This document shows positions 28,627 through 39,521 of a DNA stretch of 61,176 nt, one piece after another. Within the stretch, counting starts at the first letter, position 1; every line of letters starts with the position of its first letter. A program made the position numbers and the translations under genes. This DNA comes from Candidatus Omnitrophota bacterium (GTDB lineage Bacteria > Omnitrophota > Gorgyraeia > DAOVKU01), in NCBI GenBank assembly GCA_043822625.1, contig JBDRBQ010000072.1, positions 1-61,176 of the forward strand, given 5' to 3'. The notes beneath the pieces were generated by a model, which ran no database searches, was not told where the DNA came from, and saw nothing but the letters and a program-made list of their open reading frames with translations.

Positions 28627-29880
28627 ATGAAAAAGAATAAGGTTTATATAGTGGACGTAACAAATAGGGACGGAGTACAAACTTCCAGGTTGGGGCTCGC
28701 GAAACTACAGAAGACCATGATTAATTTATATCTTAATGAAATGGGTATTTATCAAAGCGAGTTCGGATTTCCGGTAACCCGTCATGAAACCAATTATATC
28801 AATGCCAACATGAAATTGGTGGAAATGGGTGTTTTAAAGCCTATGGTGTTAAGCGGATGGGTAAGAGCTATCACGCAGGATGTAGAAGAAGCGACCTCGC
28901 GTACTAAGGTACAGAATTTAAATCTTTCTATTTCTACTTCCGAGCAGATGATAAAAGGTAAGTTTTTAGGTAAAAAAACTAAAAAAGATATTACCAAAAT
29001 GATGACGGATGCCGTTGATTTGGCAAGGAAAAAGGGAATTAAAAGCTTGGGTGTTAATTCGGAAGACGCCTCGCGTACCAGTGACGAATATCTGGTGGAA
29101 TTCGCGAAAGCCGCCAAAGATCATGGCGCGGATAGAATAAGATATTGCGATACTTTGGGATTTGATGACCCGTTTACTATTTATAAAAGAATAAAACATT
29201 TAGTAGCGAAAGTAGCTATGCCTGTTGAAATCCATTGCCATAATGACCTTGGCATGGTGACAGCGACAAGCGTAGCCGGAGCGGTAGCGGCTATTGACGG
29301 AGGCCAGGACGCTTTTATCAATACGACCATAAACGGTATGGGAGAAAGAGCCGGTAACGCGGATTTGGTTTCGGTAATATTGGCTCTTAAATATTCGAGC
29401 GGTTTAAAAAATAGAAACCTGCTTGACGAAAGAATAAAATTAAAGAAAGCCTGGAAAATTTCGAAATACGCTTCCTATGCTTTTGGCGTTCCTATTCCAA
29501 TAAATCAGCCGGGAGTAGGATCAAACGCGTTTGCCCATGAATCCGGTATACATGCCGATGGAGCGCTTAAAGACAGACGCAATTATGAATTGTATGATTT
29601 TGAAGAATTAGGCAGAGGAGAACCGGAAATTATAGAAACCGGCAGAAATATAACCGCCGGAGAATACAGCGGAATCAAGGGATTTAGAAATGTTTATGAA
29701 AAATTGGCAATTAAATTTAAAGACGAAAAAGAAGCGACCCAGATTCTTGAGCTTGTGCGTTACGGCAATGTTCATACCCAGAAACCTTTGGTCGAAGATG
29801 AATTGAGCTTTATTGCCAAATATCCGGATGTCGCGAAAGAAATTTTTACGATGATGCCTCAAGTTGAAAAATCGCTTTAA
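28627..29880 (+). CDS. DRE-TIM homocitrate-synthase-like enzyme, probable Re-citrate synthase
   Basis: DVTNRDGVQT, EDASRT, YCDTLG, HCHNDLG, GERAGNA, HESGIH; no LeuA regulatory domain. Confidence 0.75.
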   Translation: MKKNKVYIVDVTNRDGVQTSRLGLAKLQKTMINLYLNEMGIYQSEFGFPVTRHETNYINANMKLVEMGVLKPMVLSGWVRAITQDVEEATSRTKVQNLNLSISTSEQMIKGKFLGKKTKKDITKMMTDAVDLARKKGIKSLGVNSEDASRTSDEYLVEFAKAAKDHGADRIRYCDTLGFDDPFTIYKRIKHLVAKVAMPVEIHCHNDLGMVTATSVAGAVAAIDGGQDAFINTTINGMGERAGNADLVSVILALKYSSGLKNRNLLDERIKLKKAWKISKYASYAFGVPIPINQPGVGSNAFAHESGIHADGALKDRRNYELYDFEELGRGEPEIIETGRNITAGEYSGIKGFRNVYEKLAIKFKDEKEATQILELVRYGNVHTQKPLVEDELSFIAKYPDVAKEIFTMMPQVEKSL

Positions 29881-29993
29881 ATAGTGAATAATTAATGGTG
29901 AATAGCGAATAGATTAAAAGTGCGAAACTTAAAAGTGAATTTTAAAACCCTTTAGTTTCTACCATCCACTTATTCACTAACGACCATTCACTG
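29881..29993. repeat. Second heptamer (TAGTGAA-type) inverted repeat
   Basis: Left ATAGTGAATAATTAATGGTGAATAGCGAATAG; right CCATCCACTTATTCACTAACGACCATTCACT. Confidence 0.7.
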
Positions 29994-30010
29994 GAAAAGG
30001 AGCGTAAATT

Positions 30011-30865
30011 ATGAAGAAGATATTAGGTGTCGCGATTTGTTTAGCATTGTTTACAGCTATAAATATAGAGAAAGCAGTCGCGCTTGAAGGAAAAATAAAA
30101 GATATTATCGTTGAAAAAAAAGAAAACAGCGCGGATATTATATTTAAAACAGAAGGGGATATAAAGATAATCGCTTATGATATTTCCAAACCTTCGCAAA
30201 TAATAATAGATATCATTGGAAACGGGTTTGCCAAAACTGATGAAAATATTCCTGTAAATTTCGGAGCCATTGAACAGATTAAAGTTATAAAAAGTGATTT
30301 CATGAGAGGGAATTATTATGGAGTCGATTTTTGGGTAATTGAATTAACTACACCCGTTGAATATCAATTTTCTTTTTCCGAAGGCAGTTATATTTTAAGA
30401 ATAGCAAAATCTAAGGATGTTGGTTTGGAAGATAAAAGAAGCGGTAAAGAATTATCTTTACCGCGAAAAACCGCGGAGACTGTATCTGTTTTGGCTGAGG
30501 ATTCGGCGGAAAGTTTAAGAAAAAAAGGAATTCAGTATCAATTGGCCGGAGAATACCAAAAAGCTGCCGACTATTATCAGGAAGCTATTGATAACAATCC
30601 TGAATATATTACGGCTTATAACGATTTAGGTATCGTTTACCATAAATATTTGGGAAAAACCCAAAAAGCCATTGAATTGTTTGAGAAAGCGTTAAAAATT
30701 AATCCCGATTATCCCGGAGCGCATACAAATTTGGCGCTGATTTACGAAGAAATGAATGATGAGAAAAACGCGTTACTGCATTGGTCACAGCGCGCTCGCC
30801 TCGGAAATCCACAAGATTATTGGACGGAAATTGCCAAGAGAAAGCTAAAAGAATCGGCAAATTGA
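30011..30865 (+). CDS. Secreted protein with AMIN-like N-domain and C-terminal TPR repeats
   Basis: Signal peptide; PSQIIIDI AMIN-like segment; TPR motifs AYNDLGIVY...KAIELFEKALKINPDY, AHTNLALIY. Confidence 0.75.
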   Translation: MKKILGVAICLALFTAINIEKAVALEGKIKDIIVEKKENSADIIFKTEGDIKIIAYDISKPSQIIIDIIGNGFAKTDENIPVNFGAIEQIKVIKSDFMRGNYYGVDFWVIELTTPVEYQFSFSEGSYILRIAKSKDVGLEDKRSGKELSLPRKTAETVSVLAEDSAESLRKKGIQYQLAGEYQKAADYYQEAIDNNPEYITAYNDLGIVYHKYLGKTQKAIELFEKALKINPDYPGAHTNLALIYEEMNDEKNALLHWSQRARLGNPQDYWTEIAKRKLKESAN

Positions 30866-31059
30866 TTTTTATTTAAAAAATTTTTTTATCCGCCTTCACA
30901 GAATAATACTGGCTTACCTGTAAATGAATGTGAATATTGTTGCGGCGGATGTTCGCAGGGGAAATCTATATGGGGCGGGTAACCCTGCCAACGCTTTGTG
31001 GTGGATAAATTCGGAAAGGACCATGGGTTTATCCGTAGTGCTCCATAACATATACTTAA

Positions 31060-32450
<1,391 letters not shown>

Positions 32451-32482
32451 TGAATTTTTAAAAATTTAAAAGTAGAGGTGTT

Positions 32483-34669
32483 ATGTCGATGAATATTTAT
32501 TTGGGTATTCCTATTATTATATGTATTATCGCTTTAATAATTGCTATATTTTTTGCTAAATCTGTGATGAAGGAAGATGGCGGTACCGCGAAGATGAGGG
32601 AAATAAGCGGTTTTATACGGGAAGGCGCTATGACTTTTATGCTGGAAGAGGCACGGGTAATGATATATGTTTTAGTTGTAGTTGCCGCTATTCTTTTAAT
32701 GATTTGGGGATGGGAGACTGCTGTTAGTTTTATATTGGGCGCTGTTTGCGCGGGGTTGGCCGGTTTTATTGGAATGAATATGGCTACCAATACAAATGTC
32801 AGAACCGCTCAGGCCGCAAAAAAAGGTTCTGCCTCGGCTTTGCGTGTAGCTTTTTCCGGCGGAGCAGTAATGGGAATATCCGTAGGTTCTCTGGCGCTAT
32901 TGGGGCTTTGTATTGTTATCTGGGTTTTTAAAAAATATTTTGATCCCGCCAATATAAAGATAGAAGACGTAAGTATTCCTTGGTTGAGTTCGGTTTTAGG
33001 CAGAAATATTAATTTTATCAGGGCGGCTATTATTGTCAGCGCTTATTCTATGGGAGCAAGTTTAGTAGCTTTATTCGACCGTGTAGGGGGAGGCATTTAT
33101 ACTAAAGCGGCGGATATGGCGGCGGATTTGGTCGGTAAAGTGGAAAGCAATATTCCCGAAGATGACCCGCGAAATCCGGCTGTTATTGCCGATAATGTTG
33201 GTGATAATGTAGGGGATGTCGGAGGATTGGGAGCGGATTTATTGGAATCTTTTGTTGGTTCCATTATTGCTGTAATTGTAATATTTTTATATATTTTCGT
33301 AGGCAGAAATAATCCAAGCATAAGGGAAGGATTATTGCCTAAATTTGGTTTATTGAATTTTGATGCCGCTAATTTCGGGTCTGTTGTTTTCCTTCCCATA
33401 ATGATTGTAAGCGGCGGCATTCTTTCCTGCTTGTTGGGAATAATATATGTAAGACTTTCAAAATGCAAAAACATTCAGCAAACTCTTATGAACGGTACTA
33501 TATTAAGCGCGGTGTTTACTTCTATTTCTAGTTTTTTTATCGTAAAATATATTTCGCCATCGAGTCTGACTCCTTTCTGGGCTGTTTTGATGGGGCTTGG
33601 TTCCGGTATTTTAATCGGAAAAATAAGTGAATATTATACTTCGTGTGATTTTAGACCGGTAAAAGAATTAGCCGTATTATGCGATCAGGGAGCGGGTATT
33701 TCTCTCGCGGGAGGATTGGCTCTTGGGATGAGAAGCTGCTTTTGGCCAATGATTATAATTTGTCTTGCTACTATATGGAGTTATCATATAGGAGGTTTGG
33801 CAGGGGTTACTTATACTTCACTGGGGATGCTTGCTTTTGTGGTAATGACCGTTTCCGTCGATACTTATGGTCCTATCGCCGATAATGCCGGCGGTATCGC
33901 GCAAATGGCCAATTTAGATAAATCGGTCAGAGATGTAACTGATAATCTGGATGCGGTCGGTAATACAACGGCAGCTATAGGAAAAGGTTTTGCTATCGGT
34001 TCGGCCGCTTTCGCTGCTCTTGGACTTATTGCCGCTTATATCTGGTCATCCATAGGACATGCCGAAGAAATAACTTTGCCGATTATATATTTAATCAGTC
34101 CGCAAATAGGAGCTTATGTCATCGCGGGATTTTTCCTCGGAGCCATGATTCCTTACGCTTTTTCTTCATTATTGATTTCTTCTGTAGTGGAAACCGCGCA
34201 TACTTTAATAGAAGAGATCAGAAGACAATTTAAAACGAGACCCTTGATATTGGAAGGTAAGGAATTACCGGATTATAACAAATGCATTTCGATTGCTTCC
34301 GGAAAGAGTTTGAAAAAGATGATTGTACCCGCTTTAATAGCGTTGTTATCTCCTTTAGTAATAGGATTTGTTTTGGGGCGTTCGGCTTTGGCCGGATTTT
34401 TGATAGGGGCTTTATTATCTGCCATAAATTTGGCTATACAGTTTGCCAATACAGGTGGCGCGCTTGATAATGCCAAAAAATATATAGAAGAAGGAAACTT
34501 CGGCGGCAAAGGTTCAAAAGCTCATGCCGCTGGTGTAATTGGGGATACTTTTGGAGATCCTCTAAAAGATACAGTAGGACCATCGTTGGATATTTTAATA
34601 AAACTCATGGCTGTAATATCTTTATTATTCGCGTCTTTATTTCCTATTATGCCTATTTTCTTTAAATAA
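32483..34669 (+). CDS. hppA: Membrane-bound pyrophosphatase, K+-dependent, probably Na+-translocating
   Basis: GGGIYTKAADMAADLVGKVE, EDDPRNPAVIADNVGDNVGD, GNTTAAIGKGFAI, GDPLKDTVGPSLDILIK. Confidence 0.95.
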   Translation: MSMNIYLGIPIIICIIALIIAIFFAKSVMKEDGGTAKMREISGFIREGAMTFMLEEARVMIYVLVVVAAILLMIWGWETAVSFILGAVCAGLAGFIGMNMATNTNVRTAQAAKKGSASALRVAFSGGAVMGISVGSLALLGLCIVIWVFKKYFDPANIKIEDVSIPWLSSVLGRNINFIRAAIIVSAYSMGASLVALFDRVGGGIYTKAADMAADLVGKVESNIPEDDPRNPAVIADNVGDNVGDVGGLGADLLESFVGSIIAVIVIFLYIFVGRNNPSIREGLLPKFGLLNFDAANFGSVVFLPIMIVSGGILSCLLGIIYVRLSKCKNIQQTLMNGTILSAVFTSISSFFIVKYISPSSLTPFWAVLMGLGSGILIGKISEYYTSCDFRPVKELAVLCDQGAGISLAGGLALGMRSCFWPMIIICLATIWSYHIGGLAGVTYTSLGMLAFVVMTVSVDTYGPIADNAGGIAQMANLDKSVRDVTDNLDAVGNTTAAIGKGFAIGSAAFAALGLIAAYIWSSIGHAEEITLPIIYLISPQIGAYVIAGFFLGAMIPYAFSSLLISSVVETAHTLIEEIRRQFKTRPLILEGKELPDYNKCISIASGKSLKKMIVPALIALLSPLVIGFVLGRSALAGFLIGALLSAINLAIQFANTGGALDNAKKYIEEGNFGGKGSKAHAAGVIGDTFGDPLKDTVGPSLDILIKLMAVISLLFASLFPIMPIFFK

Positions 34670-34680
34670 GGATGTCGAAA

Positions 34681-34709
34681 TTGACATATTAATACAAGTT
34701 TGATAGTAT
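34681..34709 (+). promoter_or_regulatory. sigma70 promoter upstream of the OmpA/MotB gene
   Basis: TTGACA, 17 bp spacer, TAGTAT with TGn extension. Confidence 0.6.
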
Positions 34710-34766
34710 AAAAAATACTAAAGAGAGATTTCGCGTTCATTAATTGAACAAAGACAGGAGGTCGAT

Positions 34767-35417
34767 ATGAGGAAAGTTACGCGCGTATGGACGAAATGTT
34801 TAGCGGTGGTATTGATTCTTTCTTTTGCCTGCGGCTGTGCCGTAAAAATTCAAAAACGGCAGTACGAAGACATTAAAAAAATCAATGAATTAACCAAAGA
34901 ACTGGAAGACATGAATTCTACTTTGGCGATGCTTCAGAATAATTTAAAGGACGAAATTAAAAGAGGAGATGTCAGCGTCGAAAAGGAAACAAGAGGAATT
35001 GTAGTGACTTTTGTCGCTGAGGTGCTTTTTGATTCCGGCAAAGCGGTTATTAAGGAAGAAGGCGTAGATATGCTGGAAAAAACAGCGTCTGTTTTAAAGA
35101 AGGTTGATAACGATATATCGATAGAAGGACATACCGACAACATCCCAATAAAATATTCCGGTTGGAAATCGAATTGGGAACTTTCTACCGCGCGTGCTTT
35201 GAGCGTATTGCATTATCTGGTTGAAGACCAAAATTTAAATCCGGAAAAGCTTTCCGCTACCGGTTTAGGCGAATATCATCCAATTGCTTCAAATGAAATT
35301 CCGGAAGGCAGACAGAAAAACAGGCGCGTGGAAATTATAATAAAACCTCAGCTTTCCAAGTTTGAGAAATCAGCTACTCAGAAAAAACAAACCGAAGGGA
35401 AAAGCGCTGTAAAATAA
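34767..35417 (+). CDS. OmpA/MotB-family peptidoglycan-binding protein with coiled coil, likely lipoprotein
   Basis: LFDSGKA, IEGHTDN, SNWELSTARA, NRRVEI; N-terminal LSFACGC lipobox-like segment. Confidence 0.85.
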   Translation: MRKVTRVWTKCLAVVLILSFACGCAVKIQKRQYEDIKKINELTKELEDMNSTLAMLQNNLKDEIKRGDVSVEKETRGIVVTFVAEVLFDSGKAVIKEEGVDMLEKTASVLKKVDNDISIEGHTDNIPIKYSGWKSNWELSTARALSVLHYLVEDQNLNPEKLSATGLGEYHPIASNEIPEGRQKNRRVEIIIKPQLSKFEKSATQKKQTEGKSAVK

Positions 35418-35483
35418 TTTTTATTCCTGACACGCGGAATGTTTGCTAAATGTGGTGAGCGAAGTCGAACCATTAAAGAAAAT

Positions 35484-36200
35484 ATGCCAAAAATAAATGA
35501 ACAAAATATACCCGCGCACATTGCTTTTATAATGGACGGAAACGGGCGTTGGGCAAAACAAAGAGGACTTCCCCGTATCGCCGGACATCGCGCGGGGGCA
35601 AATACGGTCAACGCAATAATCGAAGAAGCCTTGAAAATAGGAATTAAAGTAGTTACCTTTTATACTTTTAGCGTCGAAAACTGGAATAGGCCGAAAAAAG
35701 AAATAGACGCGTTAATGAAGCTTCTGAAAAAATATTTAGTCAAAAAAAAGAAGGAATTTCGCAAACACCAGATTCGTCTGAATGTAATAGGCAGAATAAC
35801 TGATTTACCGATAGAGGTTCGGGAAGTAATAAAAGATATTTTAGAAGAAACTAAAAATAATTCTAAATTGATTTTAAATCTGGCTTTAAGTTACGGCGGA
35901 AGGCCGGAAATCGTCGACGCGACAAAAAAAATAATGAAAGACGCCGCGGCGGGAAAAATAAACGCGAATGATTTGAACGAAGATATTTTCGCTTCTTATC
36001 TTTATACGGCAAATATTCCCGACCCAGATCTTCTGATCAGAACCAGCGGAGAGATGAGAATATCTAATTTTCTTTTATGGCAAATTTCATATACGGAGTT
36101 GTATTTTACTCCTAAACTCTGGCCGTCTTTTGGTAAAGAAGATTTACACGAAGCGATAGAAGCTTACCAAAAAAGAGAAAGGCGGTTTGGCAGGATTTAA
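35484..36200 (+). CDS. uppS: Undecaprenyl diphosphate synthase
   Basis: IMDGNGRWA, FSVENWNRP, DLLIRTSGEMRISNFLLWQ, RRFG; the longer upstream ORF start runs through a repeat. Confidence 0.97.
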   Translation: MPKINEQNIPAHIAFIMDGNGRWAKQRGLPRIAGHRAGANTVNAIIEEALKIGIKVVTFYTFSVENWNRPKKEIDALMKLLKKYLVKKKKEFRKHQIRLNVIGRITDLPIEVREVIKDILEETKNNSKLILNLALSYGGRPEIVDATKKIMKDAAAGKINANDLNEDIFASYLYTANIPDPDLLIRTSGEMRISNFLLWQISYTELYFTPKLWPSFGKEDLHEAIEAYQKRERRFGRI

Positions 36201-37013
36201 ATGTTAGTTCAGCGTTTTTTTAGTTCTATAATATTAGCCATTCTTTTTGTTGCCGCTATTTTTTTTCTGCCTAAATGGGCTTTCGCGGTTTTAACGATTG
36301 TTTTTTGCGCGTTAGGCACATATGAATTTTACGCGCTGATGGAAAAAAAAGGCATCCGCACATTGAAGTTTTTAGGCACGTTTATTGCCGCCGCTATTCC
36401 CTTCGCTGTTTTTAAAAAATTAGAATTGACCGGGTGCTGGGATTTTCTTTTCATAGTTTCCGCGATCTTGGCTTTGTTTATTGTCCAATTTACACGCAAG
36501 AAAAATGATGATGCAGTAACTGCCATATCTTTGACTTTGTTCGGCGTATTTTACGTAAGCTGTCTTTTAAGCTTTTTACTGAAAATTTTTGTACTTCCTC
36601 ATGGCAATCTGTTTATTTTTTTTCTTTTAGTTGTAACTAAAATGGGCGACGTTGCCGCTTACATAGGCGGCAGCCGTTTTGGAAAACATCTTTTAATAAA
36701 GCGTATCAGTCCTAAAAAAACTGTAGAAGGGGCTGTTTTTGCTTTTATAACGACTCTTTTGTTGTCGTGCGCTTCCAAAATTTATTTGCCCCAAATTCCA
36801 TTGGTACATCTTTTTTTGCTGGGAATATTTCTGAGTATTTTGGGTCAAGTCGGTGATTTATCCGAATCTTTGATAAAAAGAAATTGTCAGATTAAAGATT
36901 CCGGAAATCTTATTCCGGGATTTGGCGGCGTGCTTGATTTAGTTGACAGTATTTTATTTGCCGCCCCCGCGTTATATTTTTATTTAATCTATACCGGTAT
37001 AATACTAAAGTAA
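36201..37013 (+). CDS. cdsA: Phosphatidate cytidylyltransferase
   Basis: ISPKKTVEG, GDLSESLIKR, KDSGNLIPGFGGVLD. Confidence 0.96.
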   Translation: MLVQRFFSSIILAILFVAAIFFLPKWAFAVLTIVFCALGTYEFYALMEKKGIRTLKFLGTFIAAAIPFAVFKKLELTGCWDFLFIVSAILALFIVQFTRKKNDDAVTAISLTLFGVFYVSCLLSFLLKIFVLPHGNLFIFFLLVVTKMGDVAAYIGGSRFGKHLLIKRISPKKTVEGAVFAFITTLLLSCASKIYLPQIPLVHLFLLGIFLSILGQVGDLSESLIKRNCQIKDSGNLIPGFGGVLDLVDSILFAAPALYFYLIYTGIILK

Positions 37014-37063
37014 AATCGGTTCATTTTATAAAATAAAACTCATTTTAGATAAGAGGTTGTATA

Positions 37064-38206
37064 GTGAAAAAAATAGCCGTATTGGGGTCAACCGGTTCTA
37101 TTGGAATAAATACTTTAAAAGTATTAGATAATTTAAAAGATTATAAAATAGAATGTTTAACCGCTCATTCAAGTATTCAGCTTTTGGCGAAACAGGCAAA
37201 CCGCTATAAAGTTCCGTTATTGGGCATAGGTGAAAAAGAAAATTACCCGCTTTTTACTAAGTATCTGGAATACAAGCCAAAGGAAATTTTTTTCGGCGCC
37301 GAAGGGTTAAAAAACTTTTGCCGTGACAATAATTGCAGGGAAATAGTTATTGCCATTGTCGGTTTCGCGGGTTTAATTCCTTTAATCGAATCCATAAAAA
37401 AAGATAAAAAAATCATCTTAGCCAACAAAGAACCACTTGTGTGCGCGGGTAAAATAATCATGGATTTATTAAAAAAGCATAAGGCGGAAATTATTCCTGT
37501 CGACAGCGAGCATAATGCTATTTTTCAATGTTTGAATGGAGAAGACACAGCCGCAATAAAAAGAATTATCCTGACGGCTTCCGGCGGCCCTTTCAGCGAT
37601 TTTAAGTTCAGCGACTTATCTTCGGTGACGCCTGCCCGGGCGTTAGCCCATCCAAGGTGGAAAATGGGTAAAAAGATTACCATAGATTCGGCGACTTTGA
37701 TGAATAAAGGTTTTGAAGTAATCGAGGCAAAGTGGTTGTTCGGCGTTGACGTAGAAAAAATAGAAGTTTTAATTCATAAAGAAGCTATAATTCATTCGAT
37801 GGTAGAATTCACAGATGGTTCTGTCATGGCGCAATTAAGCAATCCCGATATGCGGCTTCCTATCCAATACGCGCTGACTTTTCCCCAAAGAAAACCTTCC
37901 GCGCTGAAGAGTTTGGATTTTTCTGAAATAGGAAATCTTACCTTTACCGAGCCTGATACCGGCAGATTCCCCTGTCTTAAACTTGCCTATAAAGCAGTCG
38001 AAAAAGGCGGAACCTATCCATGCGCTTTAAACGCGGCGGATGAAGAATTGGTCCACGCGTACCTGAATGAAAAAATAAAATTTACCGACATTCCTAAAAT
38101 TATCGAGAAAGTTTTAGCTAAACATAAATCAGTCGAAGAACCTGGCCTTGAAGAAATATTAGAAGCTGATATTTCAGTCAGGCAATTAACTAAGAAGTAT
38201 TATTAA
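37064..38206 (+). CDS. dxr: 1-deoxy-D-xylulose-5-phosphate reductoisomerase
   Basis: LGSTGSIG, LANKE, PVDSEH, TASGGPF, HPRWKMG, NKGFEVIEA. Confidence 0.98.
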   Translation: MKKIAVLGSTGSIGINTLKVLDNLKDYKIECLTAHSSIQLLAKQANRYKVPLLGIGEKENYPLFTKYLEYKPKEIFFGAEGLKNFCRDNNCREIVIAIVGFAGLIPLIESIKKDKKIILANKEPLVCAGKIIMDLLKKHKAEIIPVDSEHNAIFQCLNGEDTAAIKRIILTASGGPFSDFKFSDLSSVTPARALAHPRWKMGKKITIDSATLMNKGFEVIEAKWLFGVDVEKIEVLIHKEAIIHSMVEFTDGSVMAQLSNPDMRLPIQYALTFPQRKPSALKSLDFSEIGNLTFTEPDTGRFPCLKLAYKAVEKGGTYPCALNAADEELVHAYLNEKIKFTDIPKIIEKVLAKHKSVEEPGLEEILEADISVRQLTKKYY

Positions 38207-38224
38207 AAAAGGAAAGGTATTGCA

Positions 38225-39358
38225 ATGGGCATAATGGGAATTTTAATAGCTATTTTGATATTTGGAGTTATCATACTAATACACGAATTCGGTCACTATA
38301 CCGCCGCGAAATTATTCAGATGCGGTGTTTCGAAATTTTTCATAGGATGGGGGCCTAAAATTGTTTCTTTCAAGCGGCGCGAAACCGAATATGGAATTTC
38401 TTGGATTCCTCTAATCGGCGGTTATGTAAGACTGCCGGGATCTGAAGAGGAAGGCGGAGAAATTACCGAAGAAGAAGCCGCGGACATAAAAAAATATAAC
38501 TTAAAGACTTTTAACGACCTTAACGCGTGGCAGAAATGCCTTGCTTTCGCGGGAGGAGTAATACTTCAGATAATCGTCTGTATTTTAATTCTTACTTTGA
38601 TAATTTCTGTCATGGGAAAACCGGTTACCAGAGTCGTAGTAGGTGGATTACAGTCCGATTCGCCGGCGCAGGCTTCAGGTTTGGAAACTACCGATGTAAT
38701 ACTTGAAGCGGACGGGCAGAAAATAACCTCCGTAGATGAACTTATAAACTTTACCTCCGATAAAGCCGGTAAACGTGTTAACTTAACCATAGACCGCAAG
38801 GGAAAAACCGAATCTGTTGTTGTAGTGCCCCAGTATTCCGAAAAAGAAAAAAGGGCTTTAATGGGTATCAACATAGCGCCTATTTTGCATTTTGAAAAAC
38901 AACAAATGCGTTGGCATGATTACGTTTTCGGCGGTGTTGTTTTTACCGGGGAATTAAGCGTAAAAGTAGTACAGGGTATAGGAATGCTCATTACGCATAA
39001 GGTTTCCCTGAAAAATTCGGCTATGGGTCCGGTGAGGATGGTAGCTTTTACCAAAGAAGTAATCAAGATGGGATTCGTGCAGGTGCTTTTGTTTTTCGCG
39101 CTCATCAACATAAATCTGGCCATGATAAACTTAATGCCCTTTCCAGCGCTCGACGGCGGGCACATCCTGATTTTATCTATCGAAAAATTATTCAGGACTA
39201 ATATTAAAACCAAAGCCAAAGAAATCATAAATTTAACCGGCTTCGCGTTACTTATCGCGTTAATGATTTATATTACCTACAACGACATCAGCTGGCTCAT
39301 CAAAGCCCATTTCGCCAAACCCGTGCCGCAGGAACAAGTTGTGCCAGCGGGGAAATAA
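38225..39358 (+). CDS. rseP: RIP metalloprotease RseP (M50 with PDZ domain)
   Basis: HEFGH, GGYV, PDZ SPAQASGL, NLMPFPALDGG; follows dxr. Confidence 0.93.
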   Translation: MGIMGILIAILIFGVIILIHEFGHYTAAKLFRCGVSKFFIGWGPKIVSFKRRETEYGISWIPLIGGYVRLPGSEEEGGEITEEEAADIKKYNLKTFNDLNAWQKCLAFAGGVILQIIVCILILTLIISVMGKPVTRVVVGGLQSDSPAQASGLETTDVILEADGQKITSVDELINFTSDKAGKRVNLTIDRKGKTESVVVVPQYSEKEKRALMGINIAPILHFEKQQMRWHDYVFGGVVFTGELSVKVVQGIGMLITHKVSLKNSAMGPVRMVAFTKEVIKMGFVQVLLFFALININLAMINLMPFPALDGGHILILSIEKLFRTNIKTKAKEIINLTGFALLIALMIYITYNDISWLIKAHFAKPVPQEQVVPAGK

Positions 39359-39400
39359 AAAGCGGTGAATGGTTTAATAGCGGATAGCTTTTAGCGTATA

Positions 39401-39438
39401 TTGTAGGGGCGGATCTATGTATCCGCCTGTTATAGAAC
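39401..39438. repeat. GTAG-type REP-like palindrome at the left edge of the TA island
   Basis: TTGTAGGGGCGGATCTATGTATCCGCCTGTTATAGAAC; near-identical copy at 40141-40178. Confidence 0.8.
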
Positions 39439-39486
39439 AATACAGGATCTGACATTTAATCCCTTTTCAATAACCGCAATTCCTCC

Positions 39487-39515
39487 TTGACTGGTACATG
39501 CAAAACATGTACAAT
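39487..39515 (+). promoter_or_regulatory. Promoter with palindromic operator for the BrnT-like TA operon
   Basis: TTGACT, 17 bp spacer, TACAAT; overlapped by GTACATG-caaaa-CATGTAC. Confidence 0.7.
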
Positions 39516-39521
39516 ATGCGT

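Noticed and set aside
35439-35483. N-terminal extension of UppS (MFAKCGERSRTIKEN)
   Set aside because: Encoded by the repeat-like GTGGTGAGCGAAGTCGAACCA; the real start is more likely 35484
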